Part shown: positions 1 through 9,895 of the stretch, piece by piece
How the letters are laid out: each line of letters begins with the position of its first letter
Position numbering within the stretch: position 1 is the first letter of the stretch
IMG/VR virus record: IMGVR_UViG_3300024520_000047
Coordinates: 124,001 to 188,000 of that record
Strand: one strand, 5' to 3'
Length of the DNA: 64,000 bases
The notes under the pieces: generated by a model
What the model saw: only the letters and a program-made list of their open reading frames with translations
Told to the model about the DNA's origin: nothing
Databases searched by the model: none
Program-made: the position numbers and the translations under genes

Positions 1-1406
1 GCAATATTCTTCATTAGTGTGGTACTAACTTTTGAAGTTAAACTCCCATCACTCGCATATGATAACAAATTTACTAAAATTTTATTCTCTTCTTCTATTA
101 TTCCTGTTTTTGCTGGTGCACCAAAAATCCCCGGCATTCCGTTTATTAAAGACCGGTAATCACTTACGGTTACTGCTCTTTTTTGTGCTGAAAAATTAAA
201 TCCAATATAATTTCTTATTTCTTCTATGGTGGGTTGATTTGCACCACCAACAGCGGCGGTCACATTATTGACATTAAGTGAATCTAAAACAGATGTGTTT
301 ATATTTGAATTGGGCCCATTAATTACAAAATCTATAGTGCCAAAGCTATTTATAGTATTGGGTCCAATATTTGTAGCTTTTCCCCCACCAACTCTATATT
401 GAATAAAAAGAGTGGTATTTGCTCTGGGTGTAGTACCTAAAGAGATATTATTCATATACCTACTTAAATCCATATTAAACCCTTGTTGGGTAAAATCACT
501 TAAACTATCTTGTGCACTATTGGTACCACCACCCAATGTTAAAAAGAAAAATCCTTCTGGTGTATATTCAGTTATAAACCGTTGGTCTACAGTTTCCCAT
601 TTTCCCACTTTTACGCCAGGCATATCGGATTGTTTAGTACTATCTATGGTGAATACCTTATCTTGTGCTAAGGCATCTACCTCATACCATTTATTTTGTG
701 AGGTTAAAAATTCTGTGGATTTGGGAATTGCTTGGGTTGTTGTACCATCTTTTTGTATTATTGCACTCACACCAAGTATGTTTTTCTCAGGTAAAAATAT
801 TTTTAAAAATGGCATTACATCTGTCTCAGTAATTGGTTTTCTAAATACTTTTGTTACACCATTAACAACAACTTCTCGTTTGGTTATATTATAACTAACT
901 ATCGTACCATTAGAATTAAAGTTAGGTATCTTAGTTCGGTTAGGAAATCCAGTGGCGTCATATGGTGTGGAAAAATCTACATCATATATATTTTCAAAAA
1001 CTTGACCCGCTCCCATTGCTTGTGAACCACGCCTCAACGTTCCTAAATACCTGACATCTTCTTTATCCCCACCACCAGTAACTTGTGCGACTGGTACGGT
1101 AATAGTAAAATCACAAACCGAGACAGATGGTCTATTAGATGGTATTTTTAATCCATAAGTTCTAGCTATATTAAAAAGAGAAGACTTTTGATTTGCATAA
1201 TCTAATACTGTTTCTTGTAAACTTCTATCTATATGATAATGTAAATTATCTGCTACAGCAGCATTTAAATCAAGAAAAACAGAAAAAATGGATGCATCGT
1301 TTGCATTTTGTATTAAATCGGGATATTGTTGTTGGACATAATTTAAAAGTTCACTTCTAATACCAACAAAATCTCTTTCAGTGTAGGATATCTTATTATT
1401 TGCCAT
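1..1406 (-). CDS. Baseplate wedge subunit (T4 gp6 / baseplate J-like); runs off the left window edge
   Basis: Not in the ORF track because it is truncated. Manually translated from ATG at 1406: MANNKISYTERDFVGIRSELLNYVQQQYP...FNFSAQKRAVTVSDY, the typical gp6-like N-terminus and RAVT motif; directly downstream of gp25. Confidence 0.8.
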   Translation of the reverse strand, partial: MANNKISYTERDFVGIRSELLNYVQQQYPDLIQNANDASIFSVFLDLNAAVADNLHYHIDRSLQETVLDYANQKSSLFNIARTYGLKIPSNRPSVSVCDFTITVPVAQVTGGGDKEDVRYLGTLRRGSQAMGAGQVFENIYDVDFSTPYDATGFPNRTKIPNFNSNGTIVSYNITKREVVVNGVTKVFRKPITETDVMPFLKIFLPEKNILGVSAIIQKDGTTTQAIPKSTEFLTSQNKWYEVDALAQDKVFTIDSTKQSDMPGVKVGKWETVDQRFITEYTPEGFFFLTLGGGTNSAQDSLSDFTQQGFNMDLSRYMNNISLGTTPRANTTLFIQYRVGGGKATNIGPNTINSFGTIDFVINGPNSNINTSVLDSLNVNNVTAAVGGANQPTIEEIRNYIGFNFSAQKRAVTVSDYRSLINGMPGIFGAPAKTGIIEEENKILVNLLSYASDGSLTSKVSTTLMKNI

Positions 1407-1407
1407 A

Positions 1408-1866
1408 TTATATATTAATTATCACAAAATCCTTAGTTTCGAAGGCATTATTACTAATAGTATAACTAATTTTAACTTTAGCTGTATTTTCTTTAGTTCC
1501 TTGTCCAGCAATTCTATATACTCTAGGGTCATTATCACTCACAATAGTTCCTGGTGTCTCTTCAGCTTCTAAAGCGGGTTCAACAACAACAGAATTTATG
1601 GTGAGGTTTGGTATATATTTTGTTACTTGTTCTCTTATTTCACCTTCTATGGAATCAAATGTTGGAGAATCTAACGGTTCGAAAATATACTCATACAATC
1701 TAGTTCCAAAATCTGGTAAATAATATCTGCTTCCCTTTCTAGTTAATAAAAGATGAATTAAATCAGCTTTAATTTCTTCTTCTGCATTATCTGTTAATTT
1801 CAAATAATCACCGACATCACTGTCTTGAAATGGGAAATCTATTCCATATGTTCCAAATTCAGGCAT
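1408..1866 (-). CDS. Baseplate wedge protein gp25-like (GPW/gp25 family)
   Basis: IKADLIHLLLTRKGSRYYLPDFGTRLYEYIFEP motif; next to gp6. Confidence 0.9.
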   Translation of the reverse strand: MPEFGTYGIDFPFQDSDVGDYLKLTDNAEEEIKADLIHLLLTRKGSRYYLPDFGTRLYEYIFEPLDSPTFDSIEGEIREQVTKYIPNLTINSVVVEPALEAEETPGTIVSDNDPRVYRIAGQGTKENTAKVKISYTISNNAFETKDFVIINI

Positions 1867-1901
1867 AATTGTTTTTTATATAAATACTCGTAACTTAGAA
1901 T

Positions 1902-2120
1902 CTATATTGATATTATCAAAACTTGTTTATTATAAAAATGTTCTTTATAGTGAAGACCATAATTTTCAACAATCTCTGTTACTATCCTTTTAACATTGGG
2001 GTTAGTTCCTGTTACAATCTCTAACTTATTTTCACCAAATAAAATATGGTCATCTATAAAACTTTCTACCACCTCTTTGGTTTCATTTATAGCATAACCA
2101 TATAAACTTAGTTTAGACAT
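1902..2120 (-). CDS. Small stand-alone Smr-like domain protein
   Basis: LSLYG...E...FIDDH...G...LEIVTG resembles the Smr LDLHG...IITG pattern, with a degenerate first motif. Confidence 0.5.
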   Translation of the reverse strand: MSKLSLYGYAINETKEVVESFIDDHILFGENKLEIVTGTNPNVKRIVTEIVENYGLHYKEHFYNKQVLIISI

Positions 2121-2313
2121 TATCTCTTAGGTTGGTATTTTGCTGTTGGTGGGGAGGCCAGTATGGGCAATGTCTGCAACCACTACCACAACAATAACCC
2201 CTATTAATTAGATATTCTTCAGTCATTATTAACTTACCATTTTCTTTGTAGAACTGGCGTTCTCTCATTTCTTTATGGTATAAATCTGTAATCCAATCAT
2301 TTCTTATTCTCAT
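2113..2313 (-). CDS. DUF5522-like Cys-rich small protein
   Basis: EEYLINRGYCCGSGCRHCPY motif; ATG at 2313 preferred over the GTG at 2346 used by the track. Confidence 0.7.
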   Translation of the reverse strand: MRIRNDWITDLYHKEMRERQFYKENGKLIMTEEYLINRGYCCGSGCRHCPYWPPHQQQNTNLRDNV

Positions 2314-2476
2314 CAGTAAATTCTTTTGTTTTACTTCTTTGCCCACAATGTGGACAACTAATCCAATTATCTGTGTCCTCTAATAAGAAATGGTGGTCAC
2401 CAATTGTCCACCATTTAGAACATTTACCACATATAAAGTGGTATAATATTTCTTTACTTACTATATGTGAAATCAC
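2297..2476 (-). CDS. Zinc-ribbon protein, 59 aa (missed by the ORF track)
   Basis: GTG start; MISHIVSKEILYHFICGKCSKWWTIGDHHFLLEDTDNWISCPHCGQRSKTKEFTDENKK; CxxC...CPHCG; fills the gap between nrdJ and the DUF5522-like gene. Confidence 0.7.
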   Translation of the reverse strand: MISHIVSKEILYHFICGKCSKWWTIGDHHFLLEDTDNWISCPHCGQRSKTKEFTDENKK

Positions 2477-4367
2477 TTATTACTTTTTTTTTTATTTTAC
2501 TAACATCAACATCAATCTCACATTGTCCACCAGCACAAGCTAATTCACCAGTTAAATTTGTATTATCATCGAATTCTACTACGTTAGTAAGATTAACATC
2601 TTTTAAACTTTTTAACATTTTTTCATACACTTCTTTAGTGCAATCTTCAAACGGTGCTTGTTTATATGTTCCACCATTATAAGGTAATACTGAAAGTCCA
2701 TTATAATGTTCTCTGTTATCCCACATCCATTCTCCAGCTAATTCCCAGTCTTCGTCTTTTAAGGATATTGTCGCTGATACATTGTGGGTGTTACTACCTT
2801 TCCTGTGTCCAGCTTTTACCCATCCTTCTGATATGGTTTTAACCCTCTCTAGTAATTGAAATGGTGATTCAGTTCTCATTATTGCTCCTTCTGGTGCTTT
2901 TTGTGGTATAGATATTACAGCTGTATCATGTGGTCTAAAATATTCATCTTCTACTAATTCTGGATGATTATTGTACAAATAACTATAAATCGATTCATTT
3001 TTACCAACACGAAGTCTTCTAACATAATACTCATTATGCCAAGCATGAATTCCTGAAGATGTCCCTAACGTTAATGATGTTGTTCCTGCTGGTTTAACTG
3101 TTGTACATCTCGCGGCAGGATTTATATCTAATAATTTTGCAACTCTTGTATTTTCTCTTTTAACTAATCTACCAGCGTGTACCATATCATAGCCTAAAAC
3201 AGCACCACTCGCAATTCCAGTCATAGATACACCAATTAAGGCTTCTTTTTCAGTTGTTTCTTGCCATACTTCTCTAAGATAATGAAATTCGGTATATCCC
3301 GCTTGTAATGTGCCTATAAATGCTGCGGCCTTAACTCTTCTATTTAAATCTTCTTGTGATTCTACATTAGAGACATTAACTTCACATAAATTACAAAATT
3401 GATAAGGTCTTAAAGCTATCTCACAACAAGGATTGGTTCCCCAATCTTTGTCATTACTTAAATAAATTCCCGGTTCTCCAGCTCCTGATAATTCAACCCT
3501 TTTCCACAACTCCATAAAAAAGTCTTTTGTAATTTTATGTCTTATTAAAACAGCGGAGTTATTTGCTCTCCCTCTTTGTGGGTTTAATTCCCACCAATTA
3601 CCAGATTTACACGCAATCATCTCATCATCATCAGCAGAAAATAAACTTATTAATGCAGCCCTCCTAATTCCTCCCGCTAGTACTGCATCTGCAATATAAC
3701 ATACAATATCATGAACTTCTATCGGTGATAATTTATCACCATCTTCTTTTTCACTTAATAATCCCTCAATTTTCACCAAACATTCTTTTAATGGTTGGGG
3801 TCCTGGGGCTTTACCTCCAGAAGTAATTAATCTAGCTCCTTTGGGTCTGATATCCGAATAATCAAATTCAATTCTTGAACTCTTGCCATTTAAATAAGAC
3901 TTCATCAATACCTTTATAGAGTCAGCCCACCCCTCAATGGAGTCCCCTATAAGGAAACGTCTTTTTCTTTTCGGATAAGGTTTGTTCACCGGTGGGAGTT
4001 TTGCTACATGATGTTTCTGTACTGAATATCCAACACCAGTCCCACCTAAAAGTAAAAACATACATTCACTAAATGTATCTATATGGTCTATAGGCATATA
4101 AGCACAATTATAAATTCTATTAGGAGATATCTCAATAGGTTTACCACCAAATTGCATACTTCTCATCGACGGTAATACCTTTTTATCGTATACTAACTCA
4201 TAATTTTTTTCTATTTCTTCCTTTAAAAAAGGATATTTTTTAATATGCATATTTTTATTCCTTGTTACTAATTCAAACCAGGTTTCCCTTCGTTGAATTT
4301 CTGAAAGAAATTTTGCATATTTCATATAAACGGTAATATCTGATAAAATTCTATTCGAAATTTCCAT
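2454..4367 (-). CDS. nrdJ: Class II (adenosylcobalamin-dependent) ribonucleotide reductase, monomeric RTPR type
   Basis: GTNPCCEI finger loop, TTVKPAGTTS, C-terminal CAGGQC redox pair, KVLPSMRSMQFGG. Confidence 0.92.
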   Translation of the reverse strand: MEISNRILSDITVYMKYAKFLSEIQRRETWFELVTRNKNMHIKKYPFLKEEIEKNYELVYDKKVLPSMRSMQFGGKPIEISPNRIYNCAYMPIDHIDTFSECMFLLLGGTGVGYSVQKHHVAKLPPVNKPYPKRKRRFLIGDSIEGWADSIKVLMKSYLNGKSSRIEFDYSDIRPKGARLITSGGKAPGPQPLKECLVKIEGLLSEKEDGDKLSPIEVHDIVCYIADAVLAGGIRRAALISLFSADDDEMIACKSGNWWELNPQRGRANNSAVLIRHKITKDFFMELWKRVELSGAGEPGIYLSNDKDWGTNPCCEIALRPYQFCNLCEVNVSNVESQEDLNRRVKAAAFIGTLQAGYTEFHYLREVWQETTEKEALIGVSMTGIASGAVLGYDMVHAGRLVKRENTRVAKLLDINPAARCTTVKPAGTTSLTLGTSSGIHAWHNEYYVRRLRVGKNESIYSYLYNNHPELVEDEYFRPHDTAVISIPQKAPEGAIMRTESPFQLLERVKTISEGWVKAGHRKGSNTHNVSATISLKDEDWELAGEWMWDNREHYNGLSVLPYNGGTYKQAPFEDCTKEVYEKMLKSLKDVNLTNVVEFDDNTNLTGELACAGGQCEIDVDVSKIKKKVISDFTYSK

Positions 4368-4380
4368 ATAATTTAATTTT

Positions 4381-5757
4381 TTATTGATTATTTATTGTCT
4401 GTCTACGCCTTTCGAGTGCTTGTCTTACTCTTTCAGCGTTTCGTTGTTCTCTTTGGTGTTCTAGGTCTAGAAGGGTTTGTGCTTGTTCTGTATCTATATC
4501 TAAAGTTTCATTATTAAAGGTACAGTTCTCGAAAACCACACCATCTTTTCCTACTCTAGATTTTGTTATTGCAATGGTTGCAAGACCCATTTCTTTTTGT
4601 TGTAAGGTTTTTGCTACAGTAATAATTACATGTCCAACCTGCGCTTTTTTAATGGAACCACCCATCATGTCTGTGGTCACCACTTCAGCACCAATTGAGG
4701 TCCTATTACCCTGTGAAGCTGTCCATCCCACCACGTCTAATTCATTACACATGGTCTCGAATTGTCTCATTACAAGACCTTCACCTTGCCATGATTCATT
4801 AAAATGCTTATCTGGTAATACACAATCAATATAATCTATAACAATCATATCAAACTTATTACCTTCAGCTATTAATTTTCTAATTCTATTTTTTATTTTA
4901 GATATGGTCATACTATCGGATGGTAATTTTTCTAAAATTAATTTACCTCTACCTTCTCTAAACGGAGCTAATTTTTCCAAAACTTCAGTCTTACGACTAG
5001 CTTGTTCGATGGCTGGAATCTTGGTCCAACAAGTTAAATGTTTCCTTTGTATTACTTTTGGGTTATCCTCAAAAATTATCTGTAAAACTGTAAAACCTAA
5101 ATTATAAGCTGTGTTGGTTACTTTAGTTAGTATTGTAGTTTTCCCAACACCTGTAGGTGCAAGAAAAACCCCAATTTCACCTTTAGCTAACCCACCATCC
5201 AGTAAATTATCTATACCATTAATACCTAAAGGAATGGGGTGTCTAAAGTCGTCAATTAAAACCTCATCTAATTCATTAAAAACATCTATCGCTTCATCAT
5301 TGCCCTCACCAACTTGGATTGCATCTCTAATATATTCCTCACACTTATCGTAAGATTCAAAATCCCCTTTTTCCAAAATCTTATTAACCCTATTAATTGC
5401 CTTTTTAAGTTCTTGTTGTTTACAAAATTTTAAAGCTTTCTCTTGAATCCATAAATGGTCTTCAGCTGTACAGTCTCTTATGTCTGATAACATATCAAAA
5501 ATAGTTTTCTTTGCCATTTCTGAAGAAACTTCTAATCGTGTTAATTGGTCTAAAGCATCAAAGCTGGGTGGGATGTCATACTTCTCATGATATTCTTTAA
5601 CCATTTGAGAAATTAACTTGAAATACTGATTGTCAAAATATTTTGGGTCTATTACATCCACAATATTTTGAGCAAACTTTTTATCTGTTATTAATTGGTT
5701 TATTAACTTAAGCTGGAACGAATGTCCCAAATATCCAAAACTTTTACTTTCCTTCAT
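4381..5757 (-). CDS. Replicative DnaB-like helicase (T4 gp41-like)
   Basis: Walker A APTGVGKT, Walker B IVIDYID, WTASQGNR, ITKSRVG. Confidence 0.9.
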   Translation of the reverse strand: MKESKSFGYLGHSFQLKLINQLITDKKFAQNIVDVIDPKYFDNQYFKLISQMVKEYHEKYDIPPSFDALDQLTRLEVSSEMAKKTIFDMLSDIRDCTAEDHLWIQEKALKFCKQQELKKAINRVNKILEKGDFESYDKCEEYIRDAIQVGEGNDEAIDVFNELDEVLIDDFRHPIPLGINGIDNLLDGGLAKGEIGVFLAPTGVGKTTILTKVTNTAYNLGFTVLQIIFEDNPKVIQRKHLTCWTKIPAIEQASRKTEVLEKLAPFREGRGKLILEKLPSDSMTISKIKNRIRKLIAEGNKFDMIVIDYIDCVLPDKHFNESWQGEGLVMRQFETMCNELDVVGWTASQGNRTSIGAEVVTTDMMGGSIKKAQVGHVIITVAKTLQQKEMGLATIAITKSRVGKDGVVFENCTFNNETLDIDTEQAQTLLDLEHQREQRNAERVRQALERRRQTINNQ

Positions 5758-5791
5758 ATAGTTTACTGATTTAGGTATATTATAAATATCA

Positions 5792-6241
5792 TTAAAGAGT
5801 CGTTTCTAAGTATTTTCTTTGAACTTTTTCTGATGACAAAACGTCACTCAAGTCTTTTAGAAATTGTGAAACAAAGGGTCGGATATCTACTGTGTATCTT
5901 ATCCTTGATGGGTATATCCAAGCAGGGAATATTTTATGTGTTATTACTTCACTATTTAATTTTAAATAAACATGAAACATCTCATCTTGCTCAATATTTT
6001 TATCCTGTTCGGACAAATTGACATGATTTGTATAGCGATTATATTGGTCCATTAAGTAGTTCATTGATTTAATTTTTAAATCTTCTTCAATTACTACTTC
6101 AATCCATTTTAAATTCTCATATAAATCTAAGCATCTTCTATTTTCAGGTTTATAGCCTTTAACATTAAAATATCTTTGACAAATAATATTGTCTTCTAAC
6201 GACATTAAAAATTCAAACTTTGATAGTTTTTTTTCTTCCAT
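5792..6241 (-). CDS. Hypothetical protein in the replication operon
   Basis: 149-aa ORF packed tightly between the exonuclease and helicase; no recognised motif. Confidence 0.6.
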   Translation of the reverse strand: MEEKKLSKFEFLMSLEDNIICQRYFNVKGYKPENRRCLDLYENLKWIEVVIEEDLKIKSMNYLMDQYNRYTNHVNLSEQDKNIEQDEMFHVYLKLNSEVITHKIFPAWIYPSRIRYTVDIRPFVSQFLKDLSDVLSSEKVQRKYLETTL

Positions 6242-6243
6242 TT

Positions 6244-7254
6244 TTAAACTTTTTTATTATTAAAATAATTAATTTCTTTTTTCTTTAATTTTAGTAAGGG
6301 CTTTAAAAAAAGTGTCCACCCATCTTCCTTCTTTGGTAATACTTTAAACATTCCATCTTCCATCATCATTTTTAACATGTTCTCATCATCTCTACCTTCT
6401 GGGTCTAAAGATTCTTCTATTAACATATTAATCTCTTCTTTTACATTAGATGGTAAAAAAACATTGTCTAAATTAATTAATTTTTCACTTATGGTGAAAA
6501 ATTCGTCCCCAGACCTTCCATCCGATGAAATACCGTTATTAAGATTTTTCATACCTCTTTCTTTATTTCCCTCATCTATTATCTCTTTAGTTTTCTGTAA
6601 TATAGATTCTAAAGTCAGGTCTTTTTCTTCTATTTCTGGAAAATACTTTAATAATGATTTCTCACCAAAATAAGAAATTCCTTTTATATTGTCACTCTTA
6701 TCACCCAATAATGTTTTAACAATTATTACATTACCTATTGGTACGTTTAAACCACCAATTTTAATCTTATCAGAATTAGTCACTACCTTATCTTCTCTAG
6801 GAAAGTATAAAGTTACTTTGTGGGATATCAATTGAGCTAAATCTTTATCGGTAGTAATAATTGTTTTATGTTCGTCTGGTGATTGCTGGCAATAATATGC
6901 AATACAATCATCCGCTTCACAATTTTCAAAATCGCCTTGCCTTATAAATAATTCTTCTAAATATTGGGTAATCCGATATTTTTGACGAAACATGTCGTCA
7001 GTTTGAGATTTGGATAATCTCTTTTTCTTTTTGACTTTATATTCGGGGTATATTTCTCTTCTATAATTACGATTGTTTTTACCATCCCAAAAAACAACCA
7101 CCTTATCGTAATTAATCTTCTCTAGATGTTTTTTAATGGTATACAAAAAATGAAAAATAGCCCCAAAATGTTTACCTTTGTGGTAAAAATCTTTGACACC
7201 GTGAAATCCTGTTTGTAGTAGGCTATTCCCATCGACGACTAATGTCTTTAGCAT
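6244..7254 (-). CDS. 5'-3' exonuclease / flap endonuclease (T4 RNase H or Pol I N-terminal type)
   Basis: LVVDGNSL, VVVFWDG, EADDCIA, TTDKDLAQL, LLGDKSDNIKG. Confidence 0.92.
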   Translation of the reverse strand: MLKTLVVDGNSLLQTGFHGVKDFYHKGKHFGAIFHFLYTIKKHLEKINYDKVVVFWDGKNNRNYRREIYPEYKVKKKKRLSKSQTDDMFRQKYRITQYLEELFIRQGDFENCEADDCIAYYCQQSPDEHKTIITTDKDLAQLISHKVTLYFPREDKVVTNSDKIKIGGLNVPIGNVIIVKTLLGDKSDNIKGISYFGEKSLLKYFPEIEEKDLTLESILQKTKEIIDEGNKERGMKNLNNGISSDGRSGDEFFTISEKLINLDNVFLPSNVKEEINMLIEESLDPEGRDDENMLKMMMEDGMFKVLPKKEDGWTLFLKPLLKLKKKEINYFNNKKV

Positions 7255-7278
7255 GTTTTATTTTTAAAGGGTTAAACA

Positions 7279-7713
7279 CTATTTTTCTATTTCTACTAAT
7301 TCTATTTCAAAATTAAGTTCTTGTCCAGCTAAAGGATGGTTTAAATCTAAAACAATTGTAGATTCTTTTAATTCTTTAACCTTTGCTATTACTGGTTTTC
7401 CATCTATTGTACTTCCCTGTACCATTTCATCTACTTTTGGTTTAAAATCGGTGGGAAATGAATCTGTTGGTACCTCAGTTAAAGCTTTTGGGTTAACTTC
7501 ACCATATGCTTGGGCTGGTTTTAAGTTTACTTTTTTAGTATCTCCTGTTTCCATACCCATAACAGCGGAATCAAAACCTTCAATCATTTGGCCTGTACCA
7601 ACTTCAAAATTTAAGGGTGTTCCTCTATCGTGAGAACTGTCAAATTTATTACCGTCATTTAAAGTTCCAGTATAATGAACTTTTACTTTATCTCCTTTTT
7701 CTACTTTTTTCAT
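7279..7713 (-). CDS. FKBP-type peptidyl-prolyl isomerase, SlyD/FkpB-like, no His-rich tail
   Basis: VKVHYTGTL..G..FDSS, GQMIEGFD, AYG, insert-in-flap domain, DLNHPLAGQELNFEIEL. Confidence 0.92.
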   Translation of the reverse strand: MKKVEKGDKVKVHYTGTLNDGNKFDSSHDRGTPLNFEVGTGQMIEGFDSAVMGMETGDTKKVNLKPAQAYGEVNPKALTEVPTDSFPTDFKPKVDEMVQGSTIDGKPVIAKVKELKESTIVLDLNHPLAGQELNFEIELVEIEK

Positions 7714-7718
7714 AATTA

Positions 7719-7901
7719 TTATCCTTTAAAACCACATGTGGTATGTGTACCATCACACATTGGTGAATTATTAGTTTGTCCACATCTACATAATGCGAAT
7801 TGTTCTGATAACTCTAATTTTTTACCATCTTGAGTTACTTGAGTTTTGCCATTAATTAAAATTGGGCCATTTTTTAAAATATTAATATCTACTTTTTCCA
7901 T
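7719..7901 (-). CDS. CDGSH iron-sulfur ([2Fe-2S]) domain protein
   Basis: CRCGQTNNSPMCDGTH matches C-x-C-x2-(S/T)-x3-P-x-C-D-G-(S/T)-H; ATG at 7901 (MEKVDINILKNGP) preferred. Confidence 0.9.
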   Translation of the reverse strand: MEKVDINILKNGPILINGKTQVTQDGKKLELSEQFALCRCGQTNNSPMCDGTHTTCGFKG

Positions 7902-7917
7902 TTTTCTACTTTTTAAT

Positions 7918-8928
7918 TTAAAATAATTCACCAGTATCTTCTACCGCTAAATTGTAATCACCGTCGGAGCCAATAATTTCTCTCCAATAGTCAGCATTTT
8001 CATTTTTATAATTTTCAATCGACTTTTTTTCCTCTGTTGGGTCTTTACCTTTTAAAAAACCATGAGGTGTAACCATAATCTTCCCGTCTTCATATCCTAA
8101 ACCATTAACATGATTTTTAAGAATAGAAACTTTAGTTCTACTTGCAAATTTAACCTTTCGTTTATCTTTAGTAGCGGTTATTTTGGTAACTCCCGCATTT
8201 TTCTGATTTCCATATAAAAATACTAGAGTAGAATTCAACCATAAAGATTCCCCACCTTTGGCTTTAATTTTTGGTTGACCAAAAGGATTATCGGGTAATT
8301 CTACCCAAGGTTGGTTAACCACAACCAAAGTATTTGTAAACTTGGAACTCTCTTTTCTACTTCCCGAAATTCTTTGGTTGATTCCCATTCCTATTTTATC
8401 AGCTAAAACTGAAGCGTTATGTTGTTTACCACCTTTACCATCAAAAGTCATTTTACAAGGTACAGAACCTACGGAATCCCATAAAAATAGAAGTTCATAT
8501 TCTAATTCCCCCTTTTCTTGTGCGTTCAATAACTCATTAATATAATTAGTAATTTGTTCAATATAATGGAAATCATTATTAAATAAGAAAAACCCATCCC
8601 ATTCAATTTCTCCCGTATCTTTATCTACATTTTCTTCACATTCTAATCCCAATAATTTTGCATGACTAAAATCCCATTTTTGTTCAGTAATTATAAAAAC
8701 TGGAAGAATTCCTTTTCGTTGTGCATCTCTTGCGGCTTTAACTAATGCTGTGGTTTTTCCCGTATCTGTATGACCTAAAAACATATTTATATGTCCCATG
8801 GCCGGACCAGGAATGCCAGTAGCATCTAAAAAAGCTTCACCTAAGTCCAAAAATCGGTCTGGTTTAAATGAAGCTTTTTTAGAAAATTTTGCTTTGATGT
8901 CTTTAAAGTTTTTCTTCTTTATAGCCAT
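7918..8928 (-). CDS. recA: RecA/UvsX-like recombinase
   Basis: GHTDTGKT Walker A, LFLWDSVGSV Walker B, LVVVNQ, KAKGGESL. Confidence 0.85.
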   Translation of the reverse strand: MAIKKKNFKDIKAKFSKKASFKPDRFLDLGEAFLDATGIPGPAMGHINMFLGHTDTGKTTALVKAARDAQRKGILPVFIITEQKWDFSHAKLLGLECEENVDKDTGEIEWDGFFLFNNDFHYIEQITNYINELLNAQEKGELEYELLFLWDSVGSVPCKMTFDGKGGKQHNASVLADKIGMGINQRISGSRKESSKFTNTLVVVNQPWVELPDNPFGQPKIKAKGGESLWLNSTLVFLYGNQKNAGVTKITATKDKRKVKFASRTKVSILKNHVNGLGYEDGKIMVTPHGFLKGKDPTEEKKSIENYKNENADYWREIIGSDGDYNLAVEDTGELF

Positions 8929-8940
8929 AGTTTACTTTTA

Positions 8941-9795
8941 TTAAAATGGTAAATCCGTATCTGCTGGTGAATCTTTTTGTGGGTCGGTAGTTGTGGTGGT
9001 ACCGTCTACACTTACGGTTTCTGTTGTGTCTCCATAAACATACTTCTTTAACTGAGAATCCCAAACTGGTGTTTCTCCCCTAGAAATAGCTTCCAAATAC
9101 TCAACTGGTTTTTTTGCGTAAACATCCTGCCAAGTTTCAGTATTACCTAACCATTCTTTAATATTAGTTTCATCTGGAGATAAAGGACTTGGGTCTTCCG
9201 CCATTACCATTGAAACTACAGTATATTTACCCTTTCCACTTGGAAGTGGAACAGACTTAAGTGTTAGAGTCAAATCTCTACCCTCCTTAGGGTCACTAAT
9301 GTCTCCTCTCTTTTGAAAAATAGGTATAATTTTATCTATGATACCATCACCCTTATAATTCCATTTAAATCTCCAAAACTTAACGCCGTCCTCTTCATTT
9401 TCTCTATCTATAACTTTTACTATATAGAATTTTTTTGAACGATATTGTCTAGCAATTTCCCTATCTTTTTCATTGCCTGTCATTTTCAAAGCTTCTTCAA
9501 CTTCATTTAGTGGACTTCTCTCACCTGTTGGTGTACCGTCTCCATTCTTACCCGGGTCTAATAGTTTAGTCCATTTCCCATCAATCTGTACCTCATGATA
9601 GTAAACTTCTTTAAATGGTGAACTACCATCGGAAGTGGGTAATATTCTAATAAGTTTTTCACCGTCACTTTCACCTTTTGGTAAAAAGGCAGCGAAATAT
9701 TTTTTTAATCTTTCTTCACTACTAAGATTATTAGTCGAACTACTGTTGACTTGATTTTTTTCATATTGTTTTAAAACTGCATCTAAGCTACTCAT
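8941..9795 (-). CDS. Single-stranded DNA-binding protein (T4 gp32-like)
   Basis: IRILP...PFKEVYYH, GVKFWRF, DPKEGRDL, acidic tail ending DLPF; next to recA. Confidence 0.8.
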   Translation of the reverse strand: MSSLDAVLKQYEKNQVNSSSTNNLSSEERLKKYFAAFLPKGESDGEKLIRILPTSDGSSPFKEVYYHEVQIDGKWTKLLDPGKNGDGTPTGERSPLNEVEEALKMTGNEKDREIARQYRSKKFYIVKVIDRENEEDGVKFWRFKWNYKGDGIIDKIIPIFQKRGDISDPKEGRDLTLTLKSVPLPSGKGKYTVVSMVMAEDPSPLSPDETNIKEWLGNTETWQDVYAKKPVEYLEAISRGETPVWDSQLKKYVYGDTTETVSVDGTTTTTDPQKDSPADTDLPF

Positions 9796-9832
9796 AATAA
9801 TATTTTTTATTTAAAATTGTTTTTAATAGTTA

Positions 9833-9861
9833 AAAGTAACGCAAAAAAATAGGGAAGTCAA
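9833..9861 (-). promoter_or_regulatory. Promoter for the SSB/recA/replication operon
   Basis: TTGACT-N17-TACTTT(TA) on the minus strand. Confidence 0.6.
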
Positions 9862-9871
9862 CAAACTTCCC
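9843..9871 (-). terminator. Rho-independent terminator after the 9896 ORF
   Basis: gggaagt/acttccc stem with 6-nt loop, followed by a T7 run on the minus strand. Confidence 0.6.
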
Positions 9872-9895
9872 CACCTAAATTTACTATTTTACTTC

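Noticed and set aside
7279-7713. Full SlyD metallochaperone
   Set aside because: The His/Cys-rich C-terminal tail is absent
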